64,000 bases of DNA from Strigamia acuminata (taxonomy: Eukaryota), in contig OX442314.1 in assembly GCA_949358305.1 (NCBI GenBank), positions 23,560,001 through 23,624,000 of the forward strand, written 5' to 3'. Positions 48,745 to 60,400 of the stretch are shown in pieces. Every line of letters begins with the position of its first letter. Within the stretch, counting starts at the first letter, position 1. The translations under genes and the position numbers were made by a program. The notes beneath the pieces are model-generated. The model searched no databases and was not told the DNA's origin. It worked only from the letters and a program-made list of their open reading frames with translations.

Positions 48745-49028
48745 GCTGCATTCAAAAATTAAAATAACAATTTTAGTTTAAGTGTATTTTAAGTTTTAAC
48801 ATGGGTTTAAACACGAAATGATGTCATTTTTGGTTTAAAATTGAAGTAAAACACAAAATATTTTAGTTTTTGAATGCAGCTAGTAGGTGCATTCAAAAAG
48901 TCTAAAACGTATGCAAAACACGTTTCGTGTTTGTACGTGACGTCATTCCCATTGAATAACATGGGAATGACGTCACGTAAAAACACGAAACGAGATTTAG
49001 AGGCGTTTTAGAGTTTTTGAATGCACCT
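48745..49028. mobile_element. Two adjacent palindromic MITEs (48745-48880 and 48885-49028), Harbinger/PIF-like
   Basis: GCTGCATTCAAAAA...TTTTTGAATGCAGC followed by AGGTGCATTCAAAAA...TTTTTGAATGCACCT; the second is a nearly full-length hairpin. Confidence 0.75.
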
Positions 49029-50073
49029 ACTGGAATGGAAGCTGCGTTGGTTGAAGCGATCACTGTTGGACTTGCAATTAATTGTACATGCGGATATTAA
49101 GTTATATAGCGGCGACTCGCCCGTGTAAAGAATTTCAACGAAATCAGGCGCGACCTTCAATTCTAATAATTAGCTGCCCAAATAAAATATGTCCACTCGT
49201 CATATCGTTTGATGTAAGTATAAAATTTTTAATAAAAAAAAAAAATAATATTAATTTTTTTTTTTACAGAAACACGTAAACGGCGACCCGTATAAATTTA
49301 AAAACGCTGAACCAGCTGCAGAGAATGATGGTTGATGAGCAAGGAATGGAGGTGGATGAGGACTGACAAATAAGAAAAGGTAATATCTAATATGTTGTCC
49401 TGCATAGTAATTGAAATTTAAGTTTTATTTTTTTTGTTAATTTTTTACTTTTTTTGTTTAATTGCAGACCATACTACTAGTTACGATGTAATAAACTGTG
49501 TCCAGACGGAATAGAAAAGCTTTCGAAATTTTACGGATTTCTCAAACCATGTGCAAACTAACTGAATTTTTGTTAATTAATTATTTTTGAATTTTTGTGT
49601 TATTTATACGTACCGTATTGTTATTTACCGCAACTTAACTTTTAACCAAAATAAATGCCTTATTGCCTTATAAAATTCAAATGCCTTATTATTTTAATGG
49701 CAAGCGTTAATTCCACAGAATTTCTGTGGGTTTAACCACTCCCCCAGTTTATATCGGTTTACATCTGATACCTTTGAATAATTTGTGACACAGAGTATTC
49801 AAAATTGTTAATAAAAATGAACAAGAAAATTCTTTATTGGAGATGCAAATGTATAGTACATTTGGATTCGTGTAACTTTTGTGGAATTTAAAATGAACTT
49901 TCTTCACTGATGAGTGTGTCCATCTTCTTCACGCTTCTTTCCGAAATACCTGGCAACATTTCCAAACACTATCGGCTTTAAAACTATCAAACCCTAAAAA
50001 ATACAATTTGCATTAGAAACGCTGCATTCACCAACAAATGAATTAACGTCAGCTTTGGACTACAATACGACGA

Positions 50074-53000
50074 TGTGGTATCTTGATATGTATCTGCGCC
50101 ACTAGATGGCGCTACGCGCGGTGACACCTGGCGCCGGTGTTTACCTGCGTTAATGAAGGAGAATAAAACTTCAGTTTACAATTAGTGCATCAACTCATAC
50201 AAACGTGTCCTTTATTGTGTCTATAGAATCGAGGATACGACATTGGCGACGAGGATTAAAGTAAATGTAATCCGCTCGCATCAAATGCTGAACTCGTCAT
50301 CCATTGATTTGAGTGGAGTGAGTGTGTTTGAAAAAGTGGGCGTGGCAGTGATAAAGCTGTTTTTCGGCGAAAATGGCCACCAATCTGAATTTACCGACGG
50401 TTGGAAATTTCGACATTACAACTGGGAATTTGGACTATAGCTGGAAGAAATGGAGTAAGTCACTTCAATATTATTTGGAAGCGGCGAGAGTGGGCGAAGC
50501 ACAGAAGTTGGCAACGCTGCTGCACCTCGCCGGCACGGATGTACAGGACATCTATGATACGTTTACGCCGGCAAATAAACTGACATATGATCTAACACTC
50601 GCCGCGCTCGGTGTGTATTTCAATCCACGGAAAAATCTGAGATTTGAAAGGCACGTGTTTAGACAACAAACACAGGAGCCCGCCGAGGTAATGGACGCTT
50701 TTGTTACACGCTTGAAAACGAAGGTGAAAAGCTGCGAATTTGGCGTTTTAGAAGATGATTTAATCGTCGATCAAGTGTTAGAGAAAGGCCGCGACAAGGG
50801 CTTGCGGCGGCGCTTGCTGCGCGAAACTGACTTGACTTTAGACTCTTTATTAAAGCTAGCTCGCTCAGCAGAGGCAAGTGAGCAGCACGCAACGTCGATG
50901 GAGCGAACGACGGCCGAAAACACCAAGGAGATCCTTGTAAACCAGCTCACGGGTGAGAAAAAGCCATTTTTTAAAAATCGTGGTAAAAGTGGGCGTGGCA
51001 CATTTCGCAAATTCAACGCGAAACCGCAAAATTCGGACGACAGACGTTTCGATAAATCCCAAGTGGTGAAGGAATGCTATCGTTGTGGCCACAAGGATCA
51101 TCTAGCAAATGATTGCACCGTTGCAAAGAACAAGGAGTGCGGGTTTTGTCACAAAATTGGACATTTTGCTAAAGTTTGCAGGTTGAAAAGCGCCGGAGGT
51201 CGTGCACGTGGCAGGGAGCGTGTCCAGTACGTCGGCGTGAACGAATACGACTACGACAGCGAGTATTCGTGCTGCGTAACGTCTCACGAACGGAATAATG
51301 GCGTGACGGTGAAGATCGATCAACAAGACGTAAGAGTTTTAATTGATTCTGGTTCATCGGTGAATACAGTGGGTCAAAAGGCATGGACAGTATTAAAAAA
51401 GAAGGGAATTAAATTAACACCAACGAAGACAAGACTGTTTGCGTATGGAGTGAATGAGCCACTAGTAGTTAGCGGTGAATTTAACACGCAGGTGCAAGCG
51501 GCTGGAAAATCAGTAAATGCGAGATTTTTAGTCGTACCGTCAGGAAAAATGCCGTTATTGTCTCGAAAAACATCCAAAGAGTTGGGATTGTTGAAAATTG
51601 ACGAAGAAATTGTGAACGAACTTACTAATGATGATTCTTTATTTGATGAGTCTGTAGGAAAATTGAGGAAGGATTTGGCCAATCGAATTACAAAATTTCG
51701 AGATGTCTTTAAAGGGATTGGAAAACTCAAGGAGTTTGAACTGGAATTGTATATGGACGCGAACGTGCGACCAGTTGCGCAATCGGTGCGCAGAATACCT
51801 TTCCACATCCGCAAACAGCTGGACATCGAAATAGACAATTTGTTGCAGGCCGACATCATCGAGCCAGTCACCGGCGCGACGGAGTGGGTTTCACCCGTCG
51901 TGCCCGTGAAAAAGCCGGATGGCTCAATCAGGCTGTGCCTCGACATGCGTGCCGTCAACGAGGCGGTGAAGAGGAACCGCCATCCGCTCCCCACGATGGA
52001 GGAGGTTTTGGATGAAATTGACGGGGCCGAGTTGATTTCAAAACTCGATTGTCGCCAAGGATATTTACAAATCCCTCTCAAAGCGGATTCGAGGCGGTTT
52101 ACTGTTTTTGTCACTCACAGGGGACTTTTCCGCTACAAGAGACTGTTCTTTGGGATCGCCAGCGCACCAGAGGAGTATCAACGGATCCTCCAGAACATCT
52201 TGGCCGAGTGCGAAGGCACAAAGAACTCTCTTGACGACATTGTCGTGCACGGGAAGACTGTTGAAGAACACGATCAACGGTTGGAAAAGGTCCTCGAGAC
52301 ACTGTCTCGAAATGGTTTGACTCTCAATCTCAAGAAATGTTGCTTTGGCGTGTCAAAAGTCACGTTTCTTGGACATGTCATCTCGAAAAGTGGCATTTCC
52401 GTCGCAGAATCGAAGGTGGAAGCCGTGCGAAACGCCGTGGCACCGAAAAACGAGACGGAGATCCGAAGTTTTTTAGGTTTGGTTAATTATTGTGCGCGGT
52501 ATATCCCGAACTTCGCGACGGAGGCGGAGCCATTGCGACAAATGGCCCGAAAAGATGTTGTATTCAAGTGGGGAAGTCGTCAGAATGAGGCATTCGAACG
52601 GTTAAAAGGACTTTTGTGCAGTTCGAGTGTGCTTGCATTTTTTCGTAAGAACGTCGAGTCGGAATTGGTCGTCGACGCATCACCGGTCGGCTTGGGAGCC
52701 GTTCTGACTCAACGTCAACCGGACGGACAAATGAAACCCATTGCGTTCGCCAGCCGAACGTTGTCGGACGTTGAACGTCGTTATTCTCAGACTGAGAAAG
52801 AAGGGCTCGCAGTCGTCTGGGGCTGTGAGCGCTTCAGAATGTATTTAATCGGCATGCCATTTCTTTTAATAACAGACCACAAGGCGCTGGAGACCATCTA
52901 CGGGACCAGATCGAAGCCGTCAGCAAGGATGGAAAGATGGGTGCTGAGATTGCAGCCATTCGAATTCACGATTCGTCACCGGCCGGGCAGCGCGAACATA

Positions 53001-54840
53001 GCGGACGCGCTGTCTCGTTTGCTGCCCGCCGGAGAAGGAAAAAGTGTTTTGGGACAAACAGAAGCTTATGTGCGATTTGTGGTCGAGAGTGCGCTGCCGA
53101 GGGCAATGACTTTGCGAGAAGTCGAACAGGCGTCGAGAGCAGACGAAACTATTTGCGAAATCAATAAGTGTTTGCGCGACGGAAACAAATTTAATAACGC
53201 TCTTCAAAAATTTCAGCTGATAAGGAGCGAATTAGCGATGACAAACGGAGTTTTGCTTCGAGGACCACGAATTGTGATGCCGGAGTCACTGCGGAGGAGA
53301 GTGGTCGAATTGGGACACCAAGGTCACCAGGGCGTCGTAAGAACGAAGCAACGCCTGCGTGAAAAGGTCTGGTGGCCTGGCCTGGACCACGACGTCGAGC
53401 GTGCAGTGCAGCGATGCCACGCTTGTCAGCACAGCAGTGCGACGGAGAAGCCGGAACCAATTCGGAGCACGCCGCTGCCAAAAGGACCATGGCGGGAGCT
53501 GGCGATCGATATTTGCGGTCCATTCAAGGACGGCAGTTCGATTGTCGTTCTCGTCGATTACTACTCGCGTTTTCCGGAGGTATTAATTTTGAGGTCGACA
53601 GTGTCGGAAAGGATAATTGTTTGGCTGCGTCGAGTTTTCGAGCGCTGGGGAATTCCGGAGTCGTTGACTTCGGATAATGGGCCCCAATTCGTCTCGGAGC
53701 AGTTTCGGGTTTTTCTGGAGGAGCAGGGAGTCCACCATCGTAGGGTCACTCCATACTGGCCCCAGGCCAACGGAACTGTTGAGAGACTGAATAAGTCTTT
53801 TGTCAAAGCTTTTCGCGCCGCGGAAGTCGAAGGCGGCAACTGGAAAAAGGCACTCGGGACATTTTTACAATCATACAGGAGTACGCCACACCGTACCACA
53901 GGAGTGTCGCCGTACGAACTAATGACGAAGAGGAAAATGCGAACAAAGATTCCGCAAATGATGTTGGAAGAAAAAGGAAAATTACATCAAATTGTAAAAA
54001 GGAAAGATGCGGAGGAAAAGGAAAAATCGAAGCGGTATGCAGATCAGCGTCGCGGGAGCAGGGAAAGCAACATCCAGCGGGGCGACAGAGTGCTGGTTGC
54101 GAAGTCAAGAACACACAAGCTCGATCTTGCATACGAGCACGATTTAATGACGGTGTTTCAAAAGAATGGGAATTGTTTGCTGTTGAAAACAAACGACGGC
54201 AGAATCGTCAAAAGGAACGTGACGAAAGTGAGGCGATACTTCCCATTAGATGACGACTTACCGTTACCCAATGATGACAACATTCCAGTAGAGGCGATTC
54301 CAGGTCAGCCGAGACCAGATGCCCATTTGCTGCCTGGGCCACCAGTGAGAGGCGGTAGACGAGGAGCAAGACGTGCGGCCGACCCTAATTTCCAGCCGAG
54401 GAAGTCTGATCTTAAAAGAAGGGCACCGGAATACCTGGGCGGTTACGACACGTCTACACGTCGTAGAAGAGTTGTGTAGTGTTGTCAGAATAAGTACTAA
54501 TGTTTAACTAAAATAGTTTATTGTTAAAAATTGAAATGTTCAGGCCTGGACGAAAAACGTGTTGTAAATATTTTGAAATTGTTATTGTGAATAGTTCGAA
54601 TTGTTGAATAATTTTAATTAATTTATTTTAAATACTGTTACATGTTATTGTTAAAAAAAAAAAAAGAGTGATGTGGTATCTTGATATGTATCTGCGCCAC
54701 TAGATGGCGCTACGCGCGGTGACACCTGGCGCCGGTGTTTACCTGCGTTAATGAAGGAGAATAAAACTTCAGTTTACAATTAGTGCATCAACTCATACAA
54801 ACGTGTCCTTTATTGTGTCTATAGAATCGAGGATACGACA
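50074..54840 (+). mobile_element. Full-length Mag-like Ty3/gypsy retrotransposon, identical 169-bp LTRs (50074-50242, 54672-54840)
   Basis: TG...CA LTRs read identical by eye; PBS TGGCGACGAGGAT (tRNA-Ser type) at 50244-50256; purine tract before the 3' LTR; single intact ORF. Confidence 0.97.
50373..54479 (+). CDS. Gag-Pol polyprotein (gag with 2 CCHC, protease, RT, RNase H, integrase)
   Basis: CYRCGHKDHLANDC, CGFCHKIGHFAKVC; LIDSGS; SKLDCRQGYLQ, NSLDDIVV; VDASPVG, YSQTEKE, TDHKAL; HQGHQG..CHAC, DICGP, SDNGPQF, NGTVER. Confidence 0.97.
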   Translation: MATNLNLPTVGNFDITTGNLDYSWKKWSKSLQYYLEAARVGEAQKLATLLHLAGTDVQDIYDTFTPANKLTYDLTLAALGVYFNPRKNLRFERHVFRQQTQEPAEVMDAFVTRLKTKVKSCEFGVLEDDLIVDQVLEKGRDKGLRRRLLRETDLTLDSLLKLARSAEASEQHATSMERTTAENTKEILVNQLTGEKKPFFKNRGKSGRGTFRKFNAKPQNSDDRRFDKSQVVKECYRCGHKDHLANDCTVAKNKECGFCHKIGHFAKVCRLKSAGGRARGRERVQYVGVNEYDYDSEYSCCVTSHERNNGVTVKIDQQDVRVLIDSGSSVNTVGQKAWTVLKKKGIKLTPTKTRLFAYGVNEPLVVSGEFNTQVQAAGKSVNARFLVVPSGKMPLLSRKTSKELGLLKIDEEIVNELTNDDSLFDESVGKLRKDLANRITKFRDVFKGIGKLKEFELELYMDANVRPVAQSVRRIPFHIRKQLDIEIDNLLQADIIEPVTGATEWVSPVVPVKKPDGSIRLCLDMRAVNEAVKRNRHPLPTMEEVLDEIDGAELISKLDCRQGYLQIPLKADSRRFTVFVTHRGLFRYKRLFFGIASAPEEYQRILQNILAECEGTKNSLDDIVVHGKTVEEHDQRLEKVLETLSRNGLTLNLKKCCFGVSKVTFLGHVISKSGISVAESKVEAVRNAVAPKNETEIRSFLGLVNYCARYIPNFATEAEPLRQMARKDVVFKWGSRQNEAFERLKGLLCSSSVLAFFRKNVESELVVDASPVGLGAVLTQRQPDGQMKPIAFASRTLSDVERRYSQTEKEGLAVVWGCERFRMYLIGMPFLLITDHKALETIYGTRSKPSARMERWVLRLQPFEFTIRHRPGSANIADALSRLLPAGEGKSVLGQTEAYVRFVVESALPRAMTLREVEQASRADETICEINKCLRDGNKFNNALQKFQLIRSELAMTNGVLLRGPRIVMPESLRRRVVELGHQGHQGVVRTKQRLREKVWWPGLDHDVERAVQRCHACQHSSATEKPEPIRSTPLPKGPWRELAIDICGPFKDGSSIVVLVDYYSRFPEVLILRSTVSERIIVWLRRVFERWGIPESLTSDNGPQFVSEQFRVFLEEQGVHHRRVTPYWPQANGTVERLNKSFVKAFRAAEVEGGNWKKALGTFLQSYRSTPHRTTGVSPYELMTKRKMRTKIPQMMLEEKGKLHQIVKRKDAEEKEKSKRYADQRRGSRESNIQRGDRVLVAKSRTHKLDLAYEHDLMTVFQKNGNCLLLKTNDGRIVKRNVTKVRRYFPLDDDLPLPNDDNIPVEAIPGQPRPDAHLLPGPPVRGGRRGARRAADPNFQPRKSDLKRRAPEYLGGYDTSTRRRRVV

Positions 54841-56745
54841 GACATTTAACCAGCGCCATTTCCCCCCCAACACTGGCGAAGATTGGCGTCACGCTTGGTG
54901 CTTTGTACATAGCTGCCACCTATTGATAATAGTTGGCAATAAAAAATCTTTGTAAAAATATGAAATTCAGTACGGATGTAAGGAAGCACGATGAACACAA
55001 AAATAACAAATAAATAAAAATAAAAATGGATAAATCTAAAAATAAAAGGAAAAAAAAACCATCTAAAAAAAAAATCCTTTTTGTTATTTTTTTGTAGTTG
55101 AAACAATAAAATAATAATGTTATCAATATCATTAGTACCGGTACTATACTGTATTGATTGCTTGACTAGTGTTTAATTAAAAAAAAGTGTCTCTTTGGCA
55201 AATGTAATGAGCAAATTGCAGGCGTTGACGCATCTGCCTATAGCCATTAAGATGAATGTATGATTAAGAGCAGTTTTGCAGTGATGAAACATTGGAGCAC
55301 CACGTAAAGATTAAAAATTTGATAAAGTACGTAACGTAATCATATTGCATATTCATCCTTCAGATTATTAATTTAATATCTAATTGAATCTACTGAGTGT
55401 TGTTTTCAATTCAGTCTGAATTACTCTCCATCTTGATTTTATTTCCATGCTAAAGTTTGTCAAATGCAGATTACATTGTATGACATTTATAGGGCCAATG
55501 GGTTATCAGTATTCACCAAATGCAGATCAACACCAATACCATGGGAATGAAAAGTTTAAAAATATTATGTTGGTTGAATAAAGTGCATCTGATACCATTG
55601 AATAATTTGTGACACAGAGTATTCAAAATTGTTAATAAAAATGAACAACAAAATTCTTTATTGGAGATGCAACTGTATATTACAGAAAATGCTACAAATA
55701 ATAATAATAATATTATTAATAATAATATGAAATAATAATGATAATAATAGATATCACTCATCGCTTTAAACTATTTTTTAGGCTAAAAGGCAACATTCAA
55801 AAAAATAAATGGAAAAATTTAAGGCATTTTTGAAAGTAGCCTTTTCAGCAAAAAACTGATTAAAATTTGCATGAAACCTTGAAAATAAAAATAAAATAAG
55901 TGTGTCTATTAACTTGTTTATCTCCCCGACATGTTCGAACGTTTCGGTCAATATCAAAACTTTACAATATATGAAACAAACATTAATTCTCGCAACCCTT
56001 TTTCTTCCTTTTAAATAAATAAAAACAAGACAAAACAAATGCCAAATTCGTATTTCTTTATGACATCAGATATAATGCTAGGCCTACGACTTCTCATACG
56101 TAAAATCAAACTTTGTACAACAGACGTCACCTCAAGTTTTAATATCGAGTGCAAATAAAAATTATACAAAAAAAAAATAATTAATTAATAATAATATCGA
56201 TTTAAATAATCATCCGGGCAACACAACTTTCTGAAATTTACACACCATATATAAAAATAAAGACGTTATTTGATAACAGAAAAGAAAATCATTGCAAAAA
56301 CTTTGCAGTAGCTATGTAAAGTAAAAAAATTGGATTAAAAAAAATCTCCATTCTTAATCCAGACATAATAAATCACTGGAGTAATTGCCTTGTTTCTCAC
56401 TCAAAAATTCAGATTATTTAAAAAAACAAAACAAAAAAAACAAATAGCGTCAACTGTAAAATTAATCAATTTATAAGCGGTTGCTTGACAGTTTAATCTA
56501 TTTTGAAGCATTGGCAAAAAATTCAATAGATTGTCATTAAAAATATAGATGCCAGAAACTGCGTAAATATCAATACCTTCCACTCCTGAATCGGATCTTG
56601 TAAACATTGTTTGATATGAAAATGACTGAATGCAGAACAAAAATAAATACATTGCAAATTTTTTCAGAGATTTTAAAACAGAGGGAGAAAAAGAAAAATA
56701 AATGTCGGTAAAATTGGCAATAAATATCAGTCAACAGGTTGGTTA

Positions 56746-56746
56746 C

Positions 56747-56789
<43 letters not shown>

Positions 56790-56790
56790 T
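56746..56790. repeat. (AAT)n microsatellite
   Basis: About 14 AAT units. Confidence 0.9.
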
Positions 56791-57400
56791 AAGAGCAAAT
56801 GGCAGTTTGGTTTACATTATTAGCAATAAGATTATTTAATAATAAAAAAAAATAATAATAATAAGGAGAATAAAATATGTACAATGTTTGCAAATTTTCT
56901 ATGTACAAAAGAACATAATTCTTATTAATTTTAAAAACTAAAAATATATTTAAAAACTTATAAAAATCATTTCCTTATTTCACACTGTACACAACAAAAC
57001 AATAAAAAACAAAGGGAGAAAGAGAGAGAGAAAGAGAGAGAGAAAGAGTGTGAGAGAAAAATAAACAAAGAGTTATTTAAAAATGAAAAATGTAACAACA
57101 ATATGGCAGATGCTTCAAAATGGCCGAGGTAATCCAAACCAACGGGCCAGGCGTGATTTACACTGCTAAAGCTACCGTAAAAAAGAAGAAAAATGAGGCA
57201 ACTTCCTGTACAACTCTTTAAGTTTGTCTCCTCATGGGTCAAAAATTAAAACGTCAGAAGCAAATGGAAGCACAGAGCTGGAAGTAATGTGTGTTGTCCT
57301 CATCCAAACGTCATATGAGGCCTTGATGAACATGCGACCCAATCTTTTGAGTCCCATTTAAGCAACAAAATCATGTTAGCTTAATAATTCTTCTTTTTAT

Positions 57401-60400
57401 TCACTGTTTTCCTTTATGCCTTCCTGAACCCTTGTGCCGGTACTTAATTGAGGTACTTCCATCTAAGAATAACAGTGGATTTAATTTGCATAAATTAAAA
57501 ACAAAATAAATACACTAAATGCTCTGATAGTGCGAGTATCCTTTACAAAGCGGGTCTGAACTTCCCAAATCGACTGAATTCAATATCGAAATTGAACAAA
57601 ACGACTAAATTCAATGTCTAAATTTAAAAAACGACTAAAATAAATGTCTAAATTGAACAAATGACTAAAATAAATATCGAAATTGAACAAAACGACTAAA
57701 ATAAATATCGAAATTGAACAAAACGACTAAATTCAATGTCTAAATTTAAAAAACGACTAAAATAAATGTCTAAATTGAACAAATGACTAAAATAAATATC
57801 GAAATTGAACAAAATGACTAAAATAAATGTCTAAATTGAACAAAATGACTAAAACAAATGTCTTAATTCGTGGGAAATGTAGGTTTTGTCTATAGAACAC
57901 CCCGTTACATCAGAGCATTTCCGCTAAACAAATAAAAATAATACCTGCACATTTTTGACAACACTGATCCGCCAGTTCCACCCTGTTTTCGCAATGAAGT
58001 GCAGGGCACTTTTGTCTTTTACATATAATTTTACCATCCTGTATAATTAAATTAGGAGGAGGCAAAATAGAAACAAAAAAAAATATGTAATCACCATTTA
58101 ACCGCTCGTGCAAACATGTCAATTTAATTATCTCACCTTGCAATTACACCTTATGCACTTTTCCTCACCAAACGGTGCTAATCTGGGATGCCACTCCTGC
58201 CCGTTAGCAAACACCTGGTCTCTGCGAACACAGCCTTCAGTAATAGAAGAGTCAAAAGAAAAAAAAATAATTTAATTAAAACTTCTAAATTTGCACCTAA
58301 AGCTCATTTACCTCCTTCTGATAGAAAGTCTGAGGCATTTTTGGCTGAGCCCTCATCTCTCATAACATCCTTAACCTGGAAAATGCTAGGAGGTGTCGTG
58401 ACTAATAAATGCATAAATAAAACACATAAATATAAAAGAATAAAGCTATATTATTTTTTTCACAATTTAAAAAATGTTTTACCTGGACATATTTTACAGC
58501 AAGCTTCTGGCTCTGCCCGAATTGCATGTCGTTCATCGCACGGCAAAGGTGGACAAGTAGTTCTTTGGCATTCGACAGTTAAAGTGTGGGCCTATCCAAA
58601 AAAATGGGATAATTAATTTAACTGCTACCGGCGAGGAACGATGACATTTTAAATTCTTAAATATTTGTGCTCAATGTTTGTGTTTATATGATTTTTGACG
58701 TTTATATTTCATTCGCAGTTGTTTGATGTGTGTTTACGACATTTGCACATATGCAGTAAAGCCCCTAATAAACGTCCAGGAGTTTAATCTGTTTGAGACC
58801 CGACCCTCAGGCGTCTATTTGGACCTCGGCGATCATTTGAGTCAGGCTTTTTATTAGATTAATCAGAAATAAAACAATTTTATGGGATTTTAGGTCCAAA
58901 AATAAAATTTTAGGCACAAAAAAAATATTTTAAGCCCAAAAAAAAAAATTTTAAACCCCAAAAAAAATTTTAAACCCAAAAAAAAAATTTTAAGCCAAAA
59001 AAAATATTTTAGGCCCAAAAATAAAATTTTATGCACAAAACTGTACCTCTTAGGCCCAAAAATGGGATTTGAATGTACAGGACTACTTTTAATAAACTTT
59101 TGACGCCAAAATTAAGTGCACGACATCTCCCCGGCGCTTAATTTGACACAGTGTTTATTACGTGGCACTATACACGAACCAGGCCTCAAACCGGAGTATT
59201 TCCATCCATTCGCCATAAATGAATTAATAATAAAAACGAGTATCGATTCAAAGCCACAGTAAATTATCTATCTGTAATACGATATCTTCATTTTCTTCTT
59301 AATAACATTTGATTTGTGTGCTGACTAAAGCTAAAAAAAATGGAAAAACCAAAAAAAAAGAAAATAATCTTATTCATTAATCCCTCCGCCCCCTCGACCT
59401 CCATATAAGAGCCTTATAACCTCTAACCCCCCTCCCCCTCAAAAGAATAAAGAAAGATTAGAGATTGATTGCAATTGGAAGAAATAAAAGACCCCTGTCA
59501 AAATCAATTGAACCATGCAAGACGAACGAGCACAAATAGCAATTTTACTACACTCATTTGTTACAAATTTTTTCCCTCCCTTATATTGTCAAAAATGTAG
59601 CTCCATTTCCTTCCGTTTTTTCGCCCATTATTTATTTTCAACCATTGCAATCGACACTACACAAACACAACTCATTTCTGTTATTTTTTTTAAAATGTGT
59701 AATTTACAGTTCAGAGCCGTAACCACAGCAGAAAGATTTAAAATTAATTTGTCAGAAACAGATGAGAGCAATCTGTGATCAAAGATATATTTTTTAAAAA
59801 TCCCGGCGGCCGGCACCGGAAGTATAAAGAGACTTTAATATGAGGTTTTACAAATTGCTTTTGAGTTGGATCCCAAGACATCTCTTTGGGGTAGTGCACT
59901 TTAACTGGCGTCTGCTAATTTAATCCCAATCCTTTCTCTACTCGTTAATAAAACAAATGGCGTGTAACTGTATTCCCAATGAAACACGCAAACATGTAAA
60001 GAGATGAATTTCAACTAAAACAGAAAACGCATTCATAAAGTAATTTAGACTAAACAAGCATTTTTTAAGATTAAACTTTGGGGGGGGGGGGGAAGGGCCC
60101 CAAAAAAATATTGTGCTTAGGGGCCCCGCAATACCTAAATCCGGCCCTGGACATGACATTTAAACAGCAAAACAGTTTTAACATGACTTGAGTCTCTAAT
60201 TAGGCCTAATTTTTTTTTTGAAAAGTGATAAACTTACAAATTTCACTTCTTAAATAAAAATGTAAAGAAATTTATTTGAAGAATTTTTATTTATATGTTT
60301 ATTTTATTTTTTTCCTTAATAAAAACTCTGGTCACAGCTTTAAAATTGGCTCTTGTTTTTCTTCATTACTAATTGACGTCCTGCTCCCAATTTGCATAAA

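Larger units (their letters stand above)
49860..55050 (-). pseudogene. Partial YEATS4 5' duplicate (49860-50073 plus 54841-~55050), with internal deletions and split by a gypsy insertion
   Basis: Near-identical to 47581-~48170; lacks the ATG exon and part of exons 2-3. Confidence 0.92.

Noticed and set aside
51374..52114. 246-aa antisense ORF (and other shadow ORFs over retroelement genes)
   Set aside because: Opposite-strand shadow of RT coding sequence with no independent features.
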